The translations under genes and the position numbers were made by a program. 64,000 nt of DNA from Eledone cirrhosa. Lineage: Eukaryota. The stretch is from NCBI GenBank assembly GCA_964016885.1, contig OZ024740.1, positions 209,622,001 through 209,686,000 of the forward strand, read 5' to 3'. The notes below the pieces were generated by a model. It was not told the DNA's origin. It saw only the letters and a program-made list of their open reading frames with translations, and ran no database searches. Below, one piece after another: positions 28,723 through 40,190 of this stretch. Numbering within the stretch: the stretch's first letter is position 1; each line of letters starts with the position of its first letter.

Positions 28723-28875
28723 GCTCAGTTTGCTAGTAATAGCAGCCAAATGTACCTCAAAGCTCAGCTTGCTAGAAATAGCTACCAAATGTTCATCAAA
28801 GCTTGGCTTGCTAAAAATAGCTGCCAAATGTCCCTCAATGCTCAGATTGCTAGAAATAACTACCAAATGTACCCT
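28723..28875. repeat. 39-bp tandem repeat x4, derived from a dispersed repeat
   Basis: gctcagcttgctagaaatagctaccaaatgt..; related dispersed copies at about 30400, 35770(-) and 42420(-). Confidence 0.75.
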
Positions 28876-30919
28876 ATTCGCTTTAAAAAGAAAGACATAT
28901 TGGACAATGTAGTCCTATGTATACAAATAAAAAATGACCAACACTGTGAGCTAACAAATCAGTTATTGATTCTACAGTGCTTGCCACAGGCCAACAAGTC
29001 AAAATCTCCTTGCTAGAAATAGTAGCTAAACCTTCCTCAAAACATATCCTATTAATTTTGAAAAAGAAGACATATTGTACAGTATAGTCCTGGATATACA
29101 AACACAGAATGATGGTGCAGTCACAACTAAACATCCTTTATTATATGTTTGCTGGACATCAGAGCTGGCTTGAATTAAACAACAACAACACTGCTGCTAC
29201 TGCTTACAGCTATGAATTGTTCAAACCCTGAGGTACCTGTTTACAGCTGAGTGGCCTGAGTCATTTGAAAGTTGTTTTCTGGTCACTGGTACTACAATAC
29301 CATTGTCAGGATACAAACTGTTGTCCTCTCAACTATTTGTCTTCTACTCTATTCACCTAGCCTAAATTTATGTAATCTACTCTGAACTAGTTTTAGGGGT
29401 GAACTTGTTTAATCACATCTATAAATAATTAATACATATCACTATTATCACTAGTCATCATCACCAACATGGCCATTATTGTTGTCATCTTTATATAATG
29501 TTGTTTTGCATGAGCCAGAGAGGTTAGTATACTTTAAATTGTTCTTATTTAAGTTAAGACTTCTCATCATATTTCTATGAAAGACCCTTTTTGTTATGTT
29601 ATGTTCCAAACACCAATTTAATTATGTAAAAGTTATGTATTTTGCTAAAACCCTTCAAATTCTTGATTATTTTCAGAATCAATTGAAACACGCAGGCAGC
29701 GTATGTCATTAGAAAAATGTTACAAATAGGTTAACCATTTAGCATTTACATTACTCTATATTTACTATTGTATTTTTGTGGTAAAGGCTTTATCTCACAT
29801 AATATCGAATCTATGAGATTTTGATATTTATTTTGAGGACAATACCTTAACATCAATATGTGTGGCCAGTTACAGCCGATTTGAACAGAAAGAGGTGAGA
29901 GAATTCTGGTCGGATTCAACTGGTTTGAATGCTAAACATTAGCTTTATTTATTTTATGGCAAGAATCAGAAAGCAATGGGAATTTTAGAGTGTCTTTATA
30001 TAATTTGAGAAATAGTGATATAATGTGGTTACAATGTACTTCATTTCACAGGTATAAATTTTTGCATCCTTCCAAGTAAGACCATTAAAGCAATTTGGTC
30101 AACATAGTCGATTATACGTCTTCTCTAAATTAGTTGCTTTGTACCAATGAAATGACCAGAGGATATCTGATCTTTCAGAACTCCAAAACTATTATTAATT
30201 TCGGTAGTACATGGTCACCACTTGTTGACATCAATAATCTTAGATCAGTATCATACAATTACAAATCTAATTTATGCAGATGTGTGTGTGTGTTACAGAG
30301 AGCTAGGTAAACTGGGCCATGTTTCTTTTCTCCTAAAATTGTCAGCTCTACAGCCAATTAAAAGTATATCAGAAACCACAAGTGAGACTGTACATGATCG
30401 CTCAACATGTTAGAAATAGCAACCAAATCTACTTCAAATCATAGTCTACTGTCATAGGAAAAAGGAAGGCTATATTGAAAATAAAAGCAGAATGGGCCAG
30501 ATCATGCCTGGCCTGTGGTTAAATAACATCATCAACATACAGATCTTATCACAAACAAAATAGAAAAAATACCATCTTTCTAAAACAGATTCTTATTTAT
30601 TTGCAACAAAATTGAAGACTGTGTTTGGATTCACCTGTGTCACATAATTTCCTTCCTTCTTCTAAGACTTAATATCCTGGAATGATTTAGCAGAAAATGT
30701 CTAAACACTGGTATAATGTTTATAGTATCTGTTTATAAATGTTTCTAGCAGTGTTTTAAAATGTTTAATGTGATGCAGTACTAGTGTTGTTTTGTACTTT
30801 TCATGAATGCCTTGCTAATGCGGTTTCATATGGTACAGGATATTAAGAGTTAATTGCAAAGAGGTCTCTTAGAGGCAGAGCCTCATTTTTTATGCATAGA
30901 CTAAAGCTAATTCTCTCTC

Positions 30920-30961
<42 letters not shown>

Positions 30962-32261
30962 TCTCTCTCTCTCTACCCATGCAAGCATGGAACACGGACG
31001 TTAAATGATGATGATGATGATATATATATATACACGAGAAAAACCACAAATCCTCCATCTCAATTCTACTTTGGAAAAGTATAAGAACTGTGAAATCGGT
31101 AAAGGAAACATAAATATTCTTAAAAAGACTCCAGTTGCATTTTCGATTTCTTTTTCTTTATATATATATATATATATATATTATACATATGCTTCTTTAT
31201 AGATCACCCCCCCCCCCCCAATTCCAAGTTAGTAATCTGCCCTAAACTTGTCATAATCAGTATGCTCTATCTCATCTGTATTACATTTATTCTGAGGATG
31301 TTTGACCACAGTTTTCTGCTACCAAATTCTTCAAATGTTATATTTCATGTGATATGATGTTCATTTTACTGAGATATATTCTCTCTTCTGCTGTCAGGTC
31401 ACTATTCAGCTTTGCTGATATACAAGTTGTGTTATCTACAAGTTCTTGCATAAGTATGTGTGTGTGTCTGTGTGTATCATCATCACCATTTAACGTCCAC
31501 TTTTTCACACTGGCATGGATTAGATGGGTTATCCTGTTGTGAGCAAATGCTAAGTCAGGTGACCACCATGTCATGCTCATACAGAACCAATTTTGGCTTG
31601 GTTTCTACAGCTGGATGCCCTTCCTCGTGCCAGCCGCATTTACAGTGAAGGAAAAAAAAAAAAACCCAACGAACAAGAAGATGCAATAACATGAAGTGTA
31701 TTAGTTTCACGCTTGGAGGAAGAAGAATGAGTTACATAGTCAACATATTGGGTATTTGCCCTTCATCAGGAAAAACACAAAAAGGAAAAGTGCAAATAAA
31801 ATAAAATAAAATAAAATAAAAAAAAAAGTTCTTGAAATAAAATTAGTGGTGGCAGCATTGGTGGTAGTGGTGGCAATTCTGGTGTGTGTATATGCTGTGT
31901 AGTTGTGGTGGTAGTGCTGGTGATGCATGTGCGCGCAGATGTACAAGCGCATAGGCATTTGTGGCAGGGTGGGTGGGTTAGTAATGTTAATGAGTAAGTA
32001 GTGGGGGTGTTAGTGAGTATTAGTAGTGTTGGCTGGCCATGTGTGTATGGGGTCAACTGCACATGTGTGTAGTGGTCAGAGTCTTGGTGATGTGTACATG
32101 CACAGATAAATATATATATATATATATATATTCATTTTATTAAGGTTAAATAGTGAGTCTAGTTACTCTGGAGTTTTACCTGTTTATCATACTCCTTTCT
32201 CACAGCCGTCAACCACATATATATACATATACATATATATATATATGTATATATATACATG

Positions 32262-32295
<34 letters not shown>

Positions 32296-32354
32296 TATGT
32301 ATTAAGGAGAGTGACAGTTTTACATATTCAACTTCAGTTTATTGTCTTGCATCA

Positions 32355-32431
32355 CACATGCTATGTACATTTCAAAGGCATTAAAATGTCTTTATGTAAT
32401 AGTGATTTTATGTGTTGTCATCAGACAGGTG
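32355..32431 (-). ncRNA. Type I hammerhead ribozyme motif
   Basis: CACCUGU-CUGAUGA-[44 nt, partial hairpin]-GAAA-UGUACA-UA-GCAUGUG, with AATAAA shortly downstream. Confidence 0.6.
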
Positions 32432-32656
32432 CTGAAAATGTAAACAATGTTTTGTTTTTGCTTCTTGATATACCGTTGAAGGGATCTTGTTTATTTTGTA
32501 ACCCTTTCTTAATATAAACATATATAATTTAATTTATATATATAAGTATTGAAGTTTCCGTTGAAAATTGAAAAAGTCAGAGGAATGAAGAGTGCTCTAT
32601 GTAAGTTACAGAGCTAAATATTATATATATATAGCTTTCAATGCCTAAGGAAACCA

Positions 32657-32746
32657 CAAGTCTGATGAGCTTTGAATTCCAGAGTTGGGCACGATATTGA
32701 TACTGATTGTACCTTGAATTGATCAATTAAGAAATATGTATATAAG
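32657..32746 (+). ncRNA. Decayed hammerhead motif (enlarged stem II family)
   Basis: CUGAUGA at 32662-68 and GAAA-UAUG-UA at 32731-40; the insert is similar to 53619-53705; stem I is lost. Confidence 0.45.
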
Positions 32747-32787
32747 CATAATGATGTTATTTTGATACCTTGTTCCTACTCATTATC

Positions 32788-33245
32788 CCGCCGAGGTTGA
32801 CTTTGCCTTTCATCCTTACGGGGTCGATAAAATAAAGTACCAGAATGCACTGGGTAATTGCTGGCCTTGTGCCTAAAGTAGAAACAATTATTATTATTAA
32901 AGGTTGAGGCGGTGCATTGGCAGTATTGGTAGAGGGCCGGACGCCATGCTTTGACGCATAGAGTTACGGCCCTTGCCATTCTGAGCTCAAATCCCACTGA
33001 GGTTAACTTTGCCTTTCATCCTTACGAGGTCGATAAAATAAAGTACCAGTAATGTACTGGGTAATTGCTGGCCTTGTGCCAATAGTAGACACAATTATTA
33101 TTATTAAAGGTTAACTTTGCTTTTCATCCTTACGGGGTCGATAAAATAAAGTACCAGTCACGCACTGGGGTCGATTTAATCGACTTTTCCTTCCCCCAAA
33201 ATTGATGACCTTGTGCCTATATAAGAAACCATTATTATTATTAGT
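32788..33245 (+). mobile_element. Stack of three dominant-family SINEs (half, full, half)
   Basis: Separated by the repeated spacer attattattattaaaggtt (32887-32905, 33094-33112). Confidence 0.8.
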
Positions 33246-33296
33246 AGTATATAAACATCCCATGTGTACAGTGTGTAAACATTTCTATAAGGGTGT

Positions 33297-33516
33297 ATCA
33301 TCATCATCATCATTTAACGTCTATCTTCCACGCTAGCATGGGTTAGACGGGAATTGTCCCATTAGAGGCAAGATTGGTCAGGTGACTGTGTCTCGCTAGT
33401 ACAGGACTATCTGGCAGGTTTTCTACAGCTGGATGCTCTTTAACACCAACCACATTTACAGTGTGGACTGGGAGCTTTTTACCATGTTACACGACCACAT
33501 TACAGCGTGGACTGTG

Positions 33517-33556
<40 letters not shown>

Positions 33557-33850
33557 CATCATCATCACCGTTTTATGTCCATTCTTCCACGCTAGCATGG
33601 GTTAGACGGGTTGTCCTGTTGTAAGCAGTGTCCGGTCGGCTGACCTTGTCTTGCTCATACGGAAACTGATTCTGGCCTCATTTCTACAGCTGGATGCCCT
33701 TCCTAACACCAACCTCATTTACAGTGAATGCTGGGTGCTTTTTTTTTTCCATGGCGCCTACACATCCACTTTACACTGTGGGCTGGGTGCTTTTTTGCCG
33801 TGGCACCTCCACGACCACTTTACAGTGGAATGATAGGGGCCCCAGTCCTA
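33297..33850 (-). mobile_element. SINEs with RTE-derived (ATG)n tail
   Basis: catcatcatttaacgtc..cttccacgctagcatgggttagacgg, the same tail as the RTE at 15361. Many short tail-only copies (5185, 9005, 23511, 30975, 31477). Confidence 0.7.
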
Positions 33851-34460
33851 TCATCTCATTTCTACAGCTGAATAAACTGGAGTAATGTAAAATAAAGTGT
33901 CTTGCTCAAGGAAACAACACATCACCTGGTCCGAGGATTGAACTCACAACTTTTCGATTGCAAGCCCAATGCTCTAATCACTAAGCTATGCGCCTATATA
34001 TATATATATATATATATATATCCTATGAAGGGGAAAGTATAACCATTTATCTGTTTAGTGAATGGCTAACTTAACTATTTGCTAACTCTTTTTATCAACT
34101 GTAATGATAAATAATATCATTTATCTCTTGTAGTCTTAAATGTTCCTGCTTTATCTTTCCTTCCTCTTTAACTGTTATTTTTTTCCTCAATAGTGATAAA
34201 CTTATCTTTTAATGTATCTCATATTGTGATAAACCCATTTATCTAAATAAACACTTTCATAAAAGTAAATAGGTGATAAACACTATATTTATTCCCTACT
34301 CTGTTACACAGATTCTTTTCTGAACCATTTTGATGCTGACCCACCTGAGACTGTCAGTGTTTCGCTGATACAAACGAAACCTCCTGTTTTAAAGTGTTCA
34401 TATTTCAATGGAAAGCTTCCATTGTTATTTTATGTAATGTCTTTTGTTAAGTTATACTTC

Positions 34461-34666
34461 AAACACCATCCTAGTAATGACAGAAGTAGTTATTTTATAT
34501 GGATATAGTGTACTACATTAGAAATATGAACATGAAAGGGTTAAACAACCATTTAAGCATCCTAAACACCATCCTAGTAATGACAGAAGTAGTTATTTTA
34601 TATGGATATAGTGTACTACATTAGAAATATGAACATGAAAAGGTTAAACAACCATTTAAGCATCCT
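34461..34666. repeat. 103-bp direct tandem duplication
   Basis: 34461-34563 and 34564-34666 differ at one visible position. Confidence 0.9.
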
Positions 34667-36823
34667 AAACAACCACCATTATCTCTTAGTTAAGACATTA
34701 ACAAATGTTAGTGAATATTATCACCTAGAATTTCTTTGAGATATTTTAACCCTTTCATTATCACATTGCTGATGATATATGATGTATTTGAATTATTTAA
34801 TGAAGAATTTACTAAAATGATTAAATATTTCATTAAGATGGTATTTGTAACATAGCTTAACAAAAGGTTCTTATATCAAATTATGTTGAGGATTTAAATT
34901 TAAATAGGAATTCTTTAAAATGGATGGTTTTGTTCCATAGAACCAGAGTCAGTTGGTAACAAAAGGGTTAATAGAGAAAGTATCATAAATAAATTCCCAA
35001 ATTCCTTGGCTTAGCTAGCTGTGCAACAAGGGGTACAAACTGACAGTTCAACATAAGCTGTATGAGCATATCATGTTCAGTTGGCTAGGTATGTCTGAGG
35101 TGTGGAAAGAACAACAAAAATCAACCAATGACTCCAGGCTGGTTAACTATGAGCTTATGCCAAACAGCTGTTATATATAGGATACACCTGACTCTCAGTT
35201 AGCTTTATTATGAAGATCATCACATGATTCCTTATAGGTGAGAATGACCAGACAGTTTTTTTTTTCTTTTTTTCTGTCTATTTAGTTATGATAAAAGACA
35301 TTGTTTGGAAAACAAAACTGACTGGACCAATGGTAGACTTTTTTTTCTATTTTGAGCAATTGTTGAGTTTGGCACCAATGGTTATCTTGTTGAAGAACTG
35401 TTTTATATTATGTCATATATTAAGAATGAACACATACACAAATTAAATACATGTTTTGTAATGTATTTCTGTTACGCTCAATTATATCATTAATAATAAT
35501 TAAATCATCATCATCCATCATTACCATCACATCATCATCATCATCATCCAGTGGCAGTGATTTGAACTTTTACTAAGTTTCATTAATTTATTATTGGCTG
35601 GGGATATTGTTTAGCTCCAGATCAGTCCTAATGAATCAGGCCTACAATCATTTGTGTACCACCCACTACCATATCATCTCTTTCTCCTCCATAGACATAG
35701 TGTATCCAGGAGTACAGTATCCAATGTGCACTTGTTTTTGAGACAGAAGAATATGATTTAAGGGAGATTTTGCTGCTATTCCTAGCGAGTCAAACTATTG
35801 TCTGTAGATGTTCTGTAATGTCTTGTTTTTTTACCGTCCTCTTTTTCTTTCTTTTTATTTTCCTCACGATATCACCAACTGCTGAGATAGGATTGCTTGA
35901 ATCCATCTCTCATGACACACCAGAATTAGACACATGTTCTTTTCCTAAACTTTAAACTTTCTCAAACTTGTATTAGTCTTAGCAAACAATGATTGCCAAC
36001 AAGAAATGATTAGAACAATCTTCTATTTAATAGCATGACAATGATAAACAAATCCTGCCCAGCTGTTTGTCAGTTTGCCTACTGGTGATGGGGGTGATGG
36101 TGAAAATACTTATGTGTGTTGCTTTGAAATACAACCAAAGAAACACACACACACACAGCTATTATTAAACCAAAATACTAAAGTGATTCTCTCCATCTTC
36201 ACCACCACCACCATTATATCCACATTTGTTCATGCATGCATTGGGTAGTTCTACAATTGGGTGAACCTCTTGAATAGTCAAAATATGTGCTTTTATATCT
36301 TAGTGTATTTTTTGCAAGGTTATTCATTCACGGATATATCTATTTTCAGCAGAGTTTAGGCAAGATGTTGAGTAGAGTATGATATATTTGGTTTCACAAT
36401 GATGACGACAGAATTTGAACTAGTGCCTTACCAACTTAATCAACACCCATTTGAAATATAATCAAACCAAGATACTGTGGTTTTTGTGTTATTCATAAGC
36501 AATTCTTTAGAGAAATAATATTTTGACTTTATGGTATTAAATTTAATTCCTTTATGAACTTAACCTTATTAATTTTGCCAGTTATTTCTTACCTGATAAA
36601 ATAAATACCATTAATACATATCTCTCATTGGCAGTGAATTGGAATGTCACATAGATGTTTTGCAGTATTTGTTCTGGCTTTCTGCTCTCAGAGTTCAAAT
36701 CTCGCCAGAGTAAAAAAAAAAACCAGTCTAGTTTTGTGATCAATTCTTCATCCATCTCTCTCTTTCTCTCTCTGGAAGAAATCAACTGTGTTTAGACCTA
36801 GAGATGGGTGGGATTCACCAGGT

Positions 36824-37039
36824 TTAACCCTTTATCATTTAAACCGGCCATATCTGACTGGAAATCTGTCACCTCTTTCTGTCAAACTGGCTGTAACTGG
36901 TCACTCATACCTACATTAAGATATTGTTCTCAAAACAAATATCATCAAAATCTCATAGATTCGATATTATGTGAAGTAAAGCCTTTACTGTGAAAATATA
37001 ATAATATATATAAGAGTAATGTAAATGCTAAAGGGCTAA
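36824..37039. mobile_element. piggyBac-like MITE, family A
   Basis: Same TIR and internal sequence as 5001-5262. Confidence 0.75.
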
Positions 37040-37329
37040 ATGTCCAAGCACACCCTACAACTTCATCAGGAGTTATATGCACATACATATATACTAATGC
37101 ATATATCTTACAATACTTGGGTTTGTGAAATCATTTGATTGATATCATGAAATATTTTTTTATTTTGTTAACAAGATGTCTGTCAATGACTCTATTAGAA
37201 AGGAGTGTCCGTTCTTTCAAATGCACCTTTTTGTTTATTAAATAATTTTTTAAAATTCATTTTTAGAAATTAGTTGAACCAGTTATATTTCTAACACACT
37301 TCAACTATTGCTTTGGTTTTTATTTTCAT

Positions 37330-37407
37330 AAATATTTTTATTTATTATAATTTTTCTGTTTGTTTTTTTTATTGTTTAACCTTCTTTTCTTTTTCTTTTT
37401 TTAACAG
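37330..37407 (+). promoter_or_regulatory. 3' splice site (polypyrimidine tract + AG)
   Basis: T-rich tract ending ttaacAG directly before the long ORF. Confidence 0.8.
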
Positions 37408-38583
37408 ATGAAAGAGGCAAGCAAATCTTGTTCAGATCTGGACCTAGAAATTTGTTCCAATATGTCAGAGGATGACCAGTGTGTTGTGCCTGGCCAGCTT
37501 ATATATAGGCTACGGCAGCAACTTATTGAAAAAGACAATGCTATAAAGCAGCTTGGAAGTGAATATGACCACAATCTTTCTAAAGTCTTATCTAGTCTTC
37601 TGTTTTTGGAAGGCAAGCTGCACCGGGAACAAAAGAATATTGTACGCCTGATGGAACAGAAGGACAATGTAATCAGTCGTCAAGACACACAAATAAAACA
37701 GCTTTATAAACGGATACATCTTTTACAATCTTCAATAACTGACATTCAAAGTAAAATGGACTCTAATGGAATCACTCAATCTCTACATGATAAATATTCA
37801 GCAAACTATACAGACATGGCAAGTAACACTAAGTCAGATGTAGCCAACAAAAGATCTGAGAGATATTCTAGTACTTCTGATGTGACAAATTCTCAGACGA
37901 ATATAAACTCTAACATGAACTCCAGCGTAACAAATATCAGTAGCAATGAAGGAAATTCTCTTTTTAGACACTTTAGTAAGCCTCTTCGTGATAAATTTAC
38001 TCGTCACAAAAGCAGTGTGGATCTCCGCAGTTTTAAATTACTGAGTGATTCAGATGGGGAGTTTAGCTACCGAAGCATGGAGAATATTCCTCATGTTGTG
38101 CGACGTGAGAAAAAAACTAGAGATAAAGAGCGGTGTATGAGTATTGCTGGTTATCCAAATTTAGAAAGATTCGAAAATGATCCTGAATTGACAGCATTTA
38201 TGAAATCTTTTCATGCTACTAATCAAGCAAACAGTGTTGAAAATTTAGCTCTTAGCAATTCTCAATTAGAGAGGCGTGGTGACACAAAAGATGTAGCACC
38301 AGAAAAAATGGGTAAACCAACACACATACAGCTTTTGAAAACAAAAGATGATCTCCCACCAGCCAAAATATCTCCCACCATGACAGAGCAACCAAATGAA
38401 ACGCCCAATAACACAAGCCATCGACATACTGAAACAAATCCTTTGAAGCTCCTTCGTAATACTTTTAAACGGAAAGGGAATCGGCAAGTTAAAAACAAAA
38501 AACAGTCATTTAACTTAAAACAGGACCCAACCAAAGATACATTGGTAGCTCTAAAGTTTAATGAAAAACATGGGAATTCTTAG
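37408..38583 (+). CDS. Large, probably terminal, coding exon of an uncharacterised coiled-coil protein (391 aa in this exon)
   Basis: Only long ORF with normal amino-acid complexity. It directly follows a long polypyrimidine tract and AG acceptor (cttcttttctttttctttttttaacAG|ATG, AG at 37406-37407). The N-terminal part is heptad-like (LRQQLIEKDNAIKQL...LEGKLHREQKNIVRLMEQKDNVISRQDTQIKQL), followed by a Ser/Asn-rich disordered region and a basic C-terminal patch (FKRKGNRQVKNKK). Whether the ATG is the true start is unknown. Confidence 0.85.
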   Translation: MKEASKSCSDLDLEICSNMSEDDQCVVPGQLIYRLRQQLIEKDNAIKQLGSEYDHNLSKVLSSLLFLEGKLHREQKNIVRLMEQKDNVISRQDTQIKQLYKRIHLLQSSITDIQSKMDSNGITQSLHDKYSANYTDMASNTKSDVANKRSERYSSTSDVTNSQTNINSNMNSSVTNISSNEGNSLFRHFSKPLRDKFTRHKSSVDLRSFKLLSDSDGEFSYRSMENIPHVVRREKKTRDKERCMSIAGYPNLERFENDPELTAFMKSFHATNQANSVENLALSNSQLERRGDTKDVAPEKMGKPTHIQLLKTKDDLPPAKISPTMTEQPNETPNNTSHRHTETNPLKLLRNTFKRKGNRQVKNKKQSFNLKQDPTKDTLVALKFNEKHGNS

Positions 38584-38772
38584 CAAATTCCCATCTGTAC
38601 CTTTTGTAATAGTGTGAGTGAGTGAAAAGAGTGGTTATTGTGTATATTAAGAGGGAAAAACACAGAAAGAAAGATATATGAATACTGTACTGAAAACATT
38701 GTTAAATTGATAAAGGTTATTGAAACTTATAATTTTTTTAACTTTCTAGCCAGTTTTTGTTTTTTTTATTAA

Positions 38773-38778
38773 AATAAA
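38773..38778 (+). promoter_or_regulatory. Candidate polyadenylation signal
   Basis: AATAAA about 190 nt after the stop codon; weak evidence in such AT-rich DNA. Confidence 0.3.
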
Positions 38779-39405
38779 GCCTGGTTCTGAAAACAACAAC
38801 AAAAAAAAACTGTAGACTTTATTGTTATTATAATATAAAACCTTTATTGATTTAACACAATTTTTTTTAAATTCACAAAAGCTGAAAACAAAACAAAACA
38901 AAAAGGGAAAATCCTGTTGTATTGGGAAGTATTTCTGGAACCCTGTTTTATTCTGTATATGATTTCTCACCAACACAACAGGAAGTTCCAGTCAAAAGAC
39001 ACTAACAGAAATTTTATGTATATCTCTATAAAGAAAGACATTGTGTAACAAAATTCAGGATTATTTCAGATTAAAATTGAGCAATGTATAGCTTTTAAAA
39101 TTATGGTTTTTCTTTATTTCTACAGCACACAAAAAATCTTGTCTTCTTTCTTTCAGGACTATGTAAGAGTGTATCATACATCATACATCATCATCACTTA
39201 ATGTCCATCTTCCATGCTTTCATGAATATATGTATTATATATAGTATGTGTGTGTGTATATGTGTACACACCTGTTATAGAGATAGTTCAACCTGCCTTT
39301 ATTAAAGTGCTCAAATTAAAATTGTTCAATTTAAACCTTTGGTTGAAATCACATTATTACATACCAAACAATATTAGATTTCAGTTAAATATTTGTCTTT
39401 TATTA

Positions 39406-39593
39406 TTAACCCTTTAATGTTCAAACCGGCCAAAACCAGGCAGAATTCTCTACCTCTTTCTGTTGAAACTGGTTGTAACTGGTCACTCAAACTGATGTTA
39501 AGGTATTGCTCTCAAAATAAATACTTTCAAAATCTCATAGATTCGATATTATATCATAGTATATATAGAGTAATGTGAATGCTAAAGGGTTAA
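39406..39593. mobile_element. piggyBac-like MITE, family A
   Basis: TTAA-cccttta...ctaaaggg-TTAA. Confidence 0.75.
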
Positions 39594-39603
39594 GTTGGTG
39601 GTG

Positions 39604-40190
39604 AAGGGCTGTGGATTGGCAATATCAGTAGAGAGCCGGACACCATGCTTTGTAGCATAGTTACGGTCTGAGTTCAAATCCCGCCGAGGTTAACTTTGCT
39701 TTTCATCCTTACGGGGTCGATAAAATAAAGTACCAGTAATGTACTGGGGTTGATTTAATCGACTTTCCCCTCCCCCCAAATTACTGGCCTTGTGCCTATA
39801 GTAGAAATCATTATTAAGTTGGTGGTGAGGGTGGTGAATTGGCAGTATCGGTAGAGTTCCAGGCAAAATATAGTTACGGCCCTTTATGTTCTGAGTTCAA
39901 TTCTGTCAAAGCTAACTTTGCCTGGGATTTTATAAAATAAAGTACCAGTAATGCACTGAGGTTGATTTAATCGATTTTCTCCCATTCTTTCAAATTGCTG
40001 GCCTTGTGCCAAAAGTAGAAACAATTATTAAGTTGGTGGTGGACTAGCAGAAATATTAATGTGTTGAATGAAATGCTTTGCTGTATTTTGTTATGGCCCT
40101 CTTTGTTCTGAATTCAAATCACGCCGAGGTCAAATTTGACTTTCCCCTTTCCACCAATTGCTGACCTTGTGCCTAAATCAGAAATCGTTA
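39604..40190 (+). mobile_element. Stack of three dominant-family SINEs
   Basis: Each is bounded by ttaagttgg(tggtg) at 39590, 39814, 40028 and 40188. Confidence 0.8.

Noticed and set aside
31690-31775. Minus-strand CTGATGA...GAAACTAATA
   Set aside because: Stem I is absent and stem III mismatched; cannot be distinguished from chance.
37401-38534. Antisense ORFs overlapping the main exon
   Set aside because: Shadow frames of the real coding strand.
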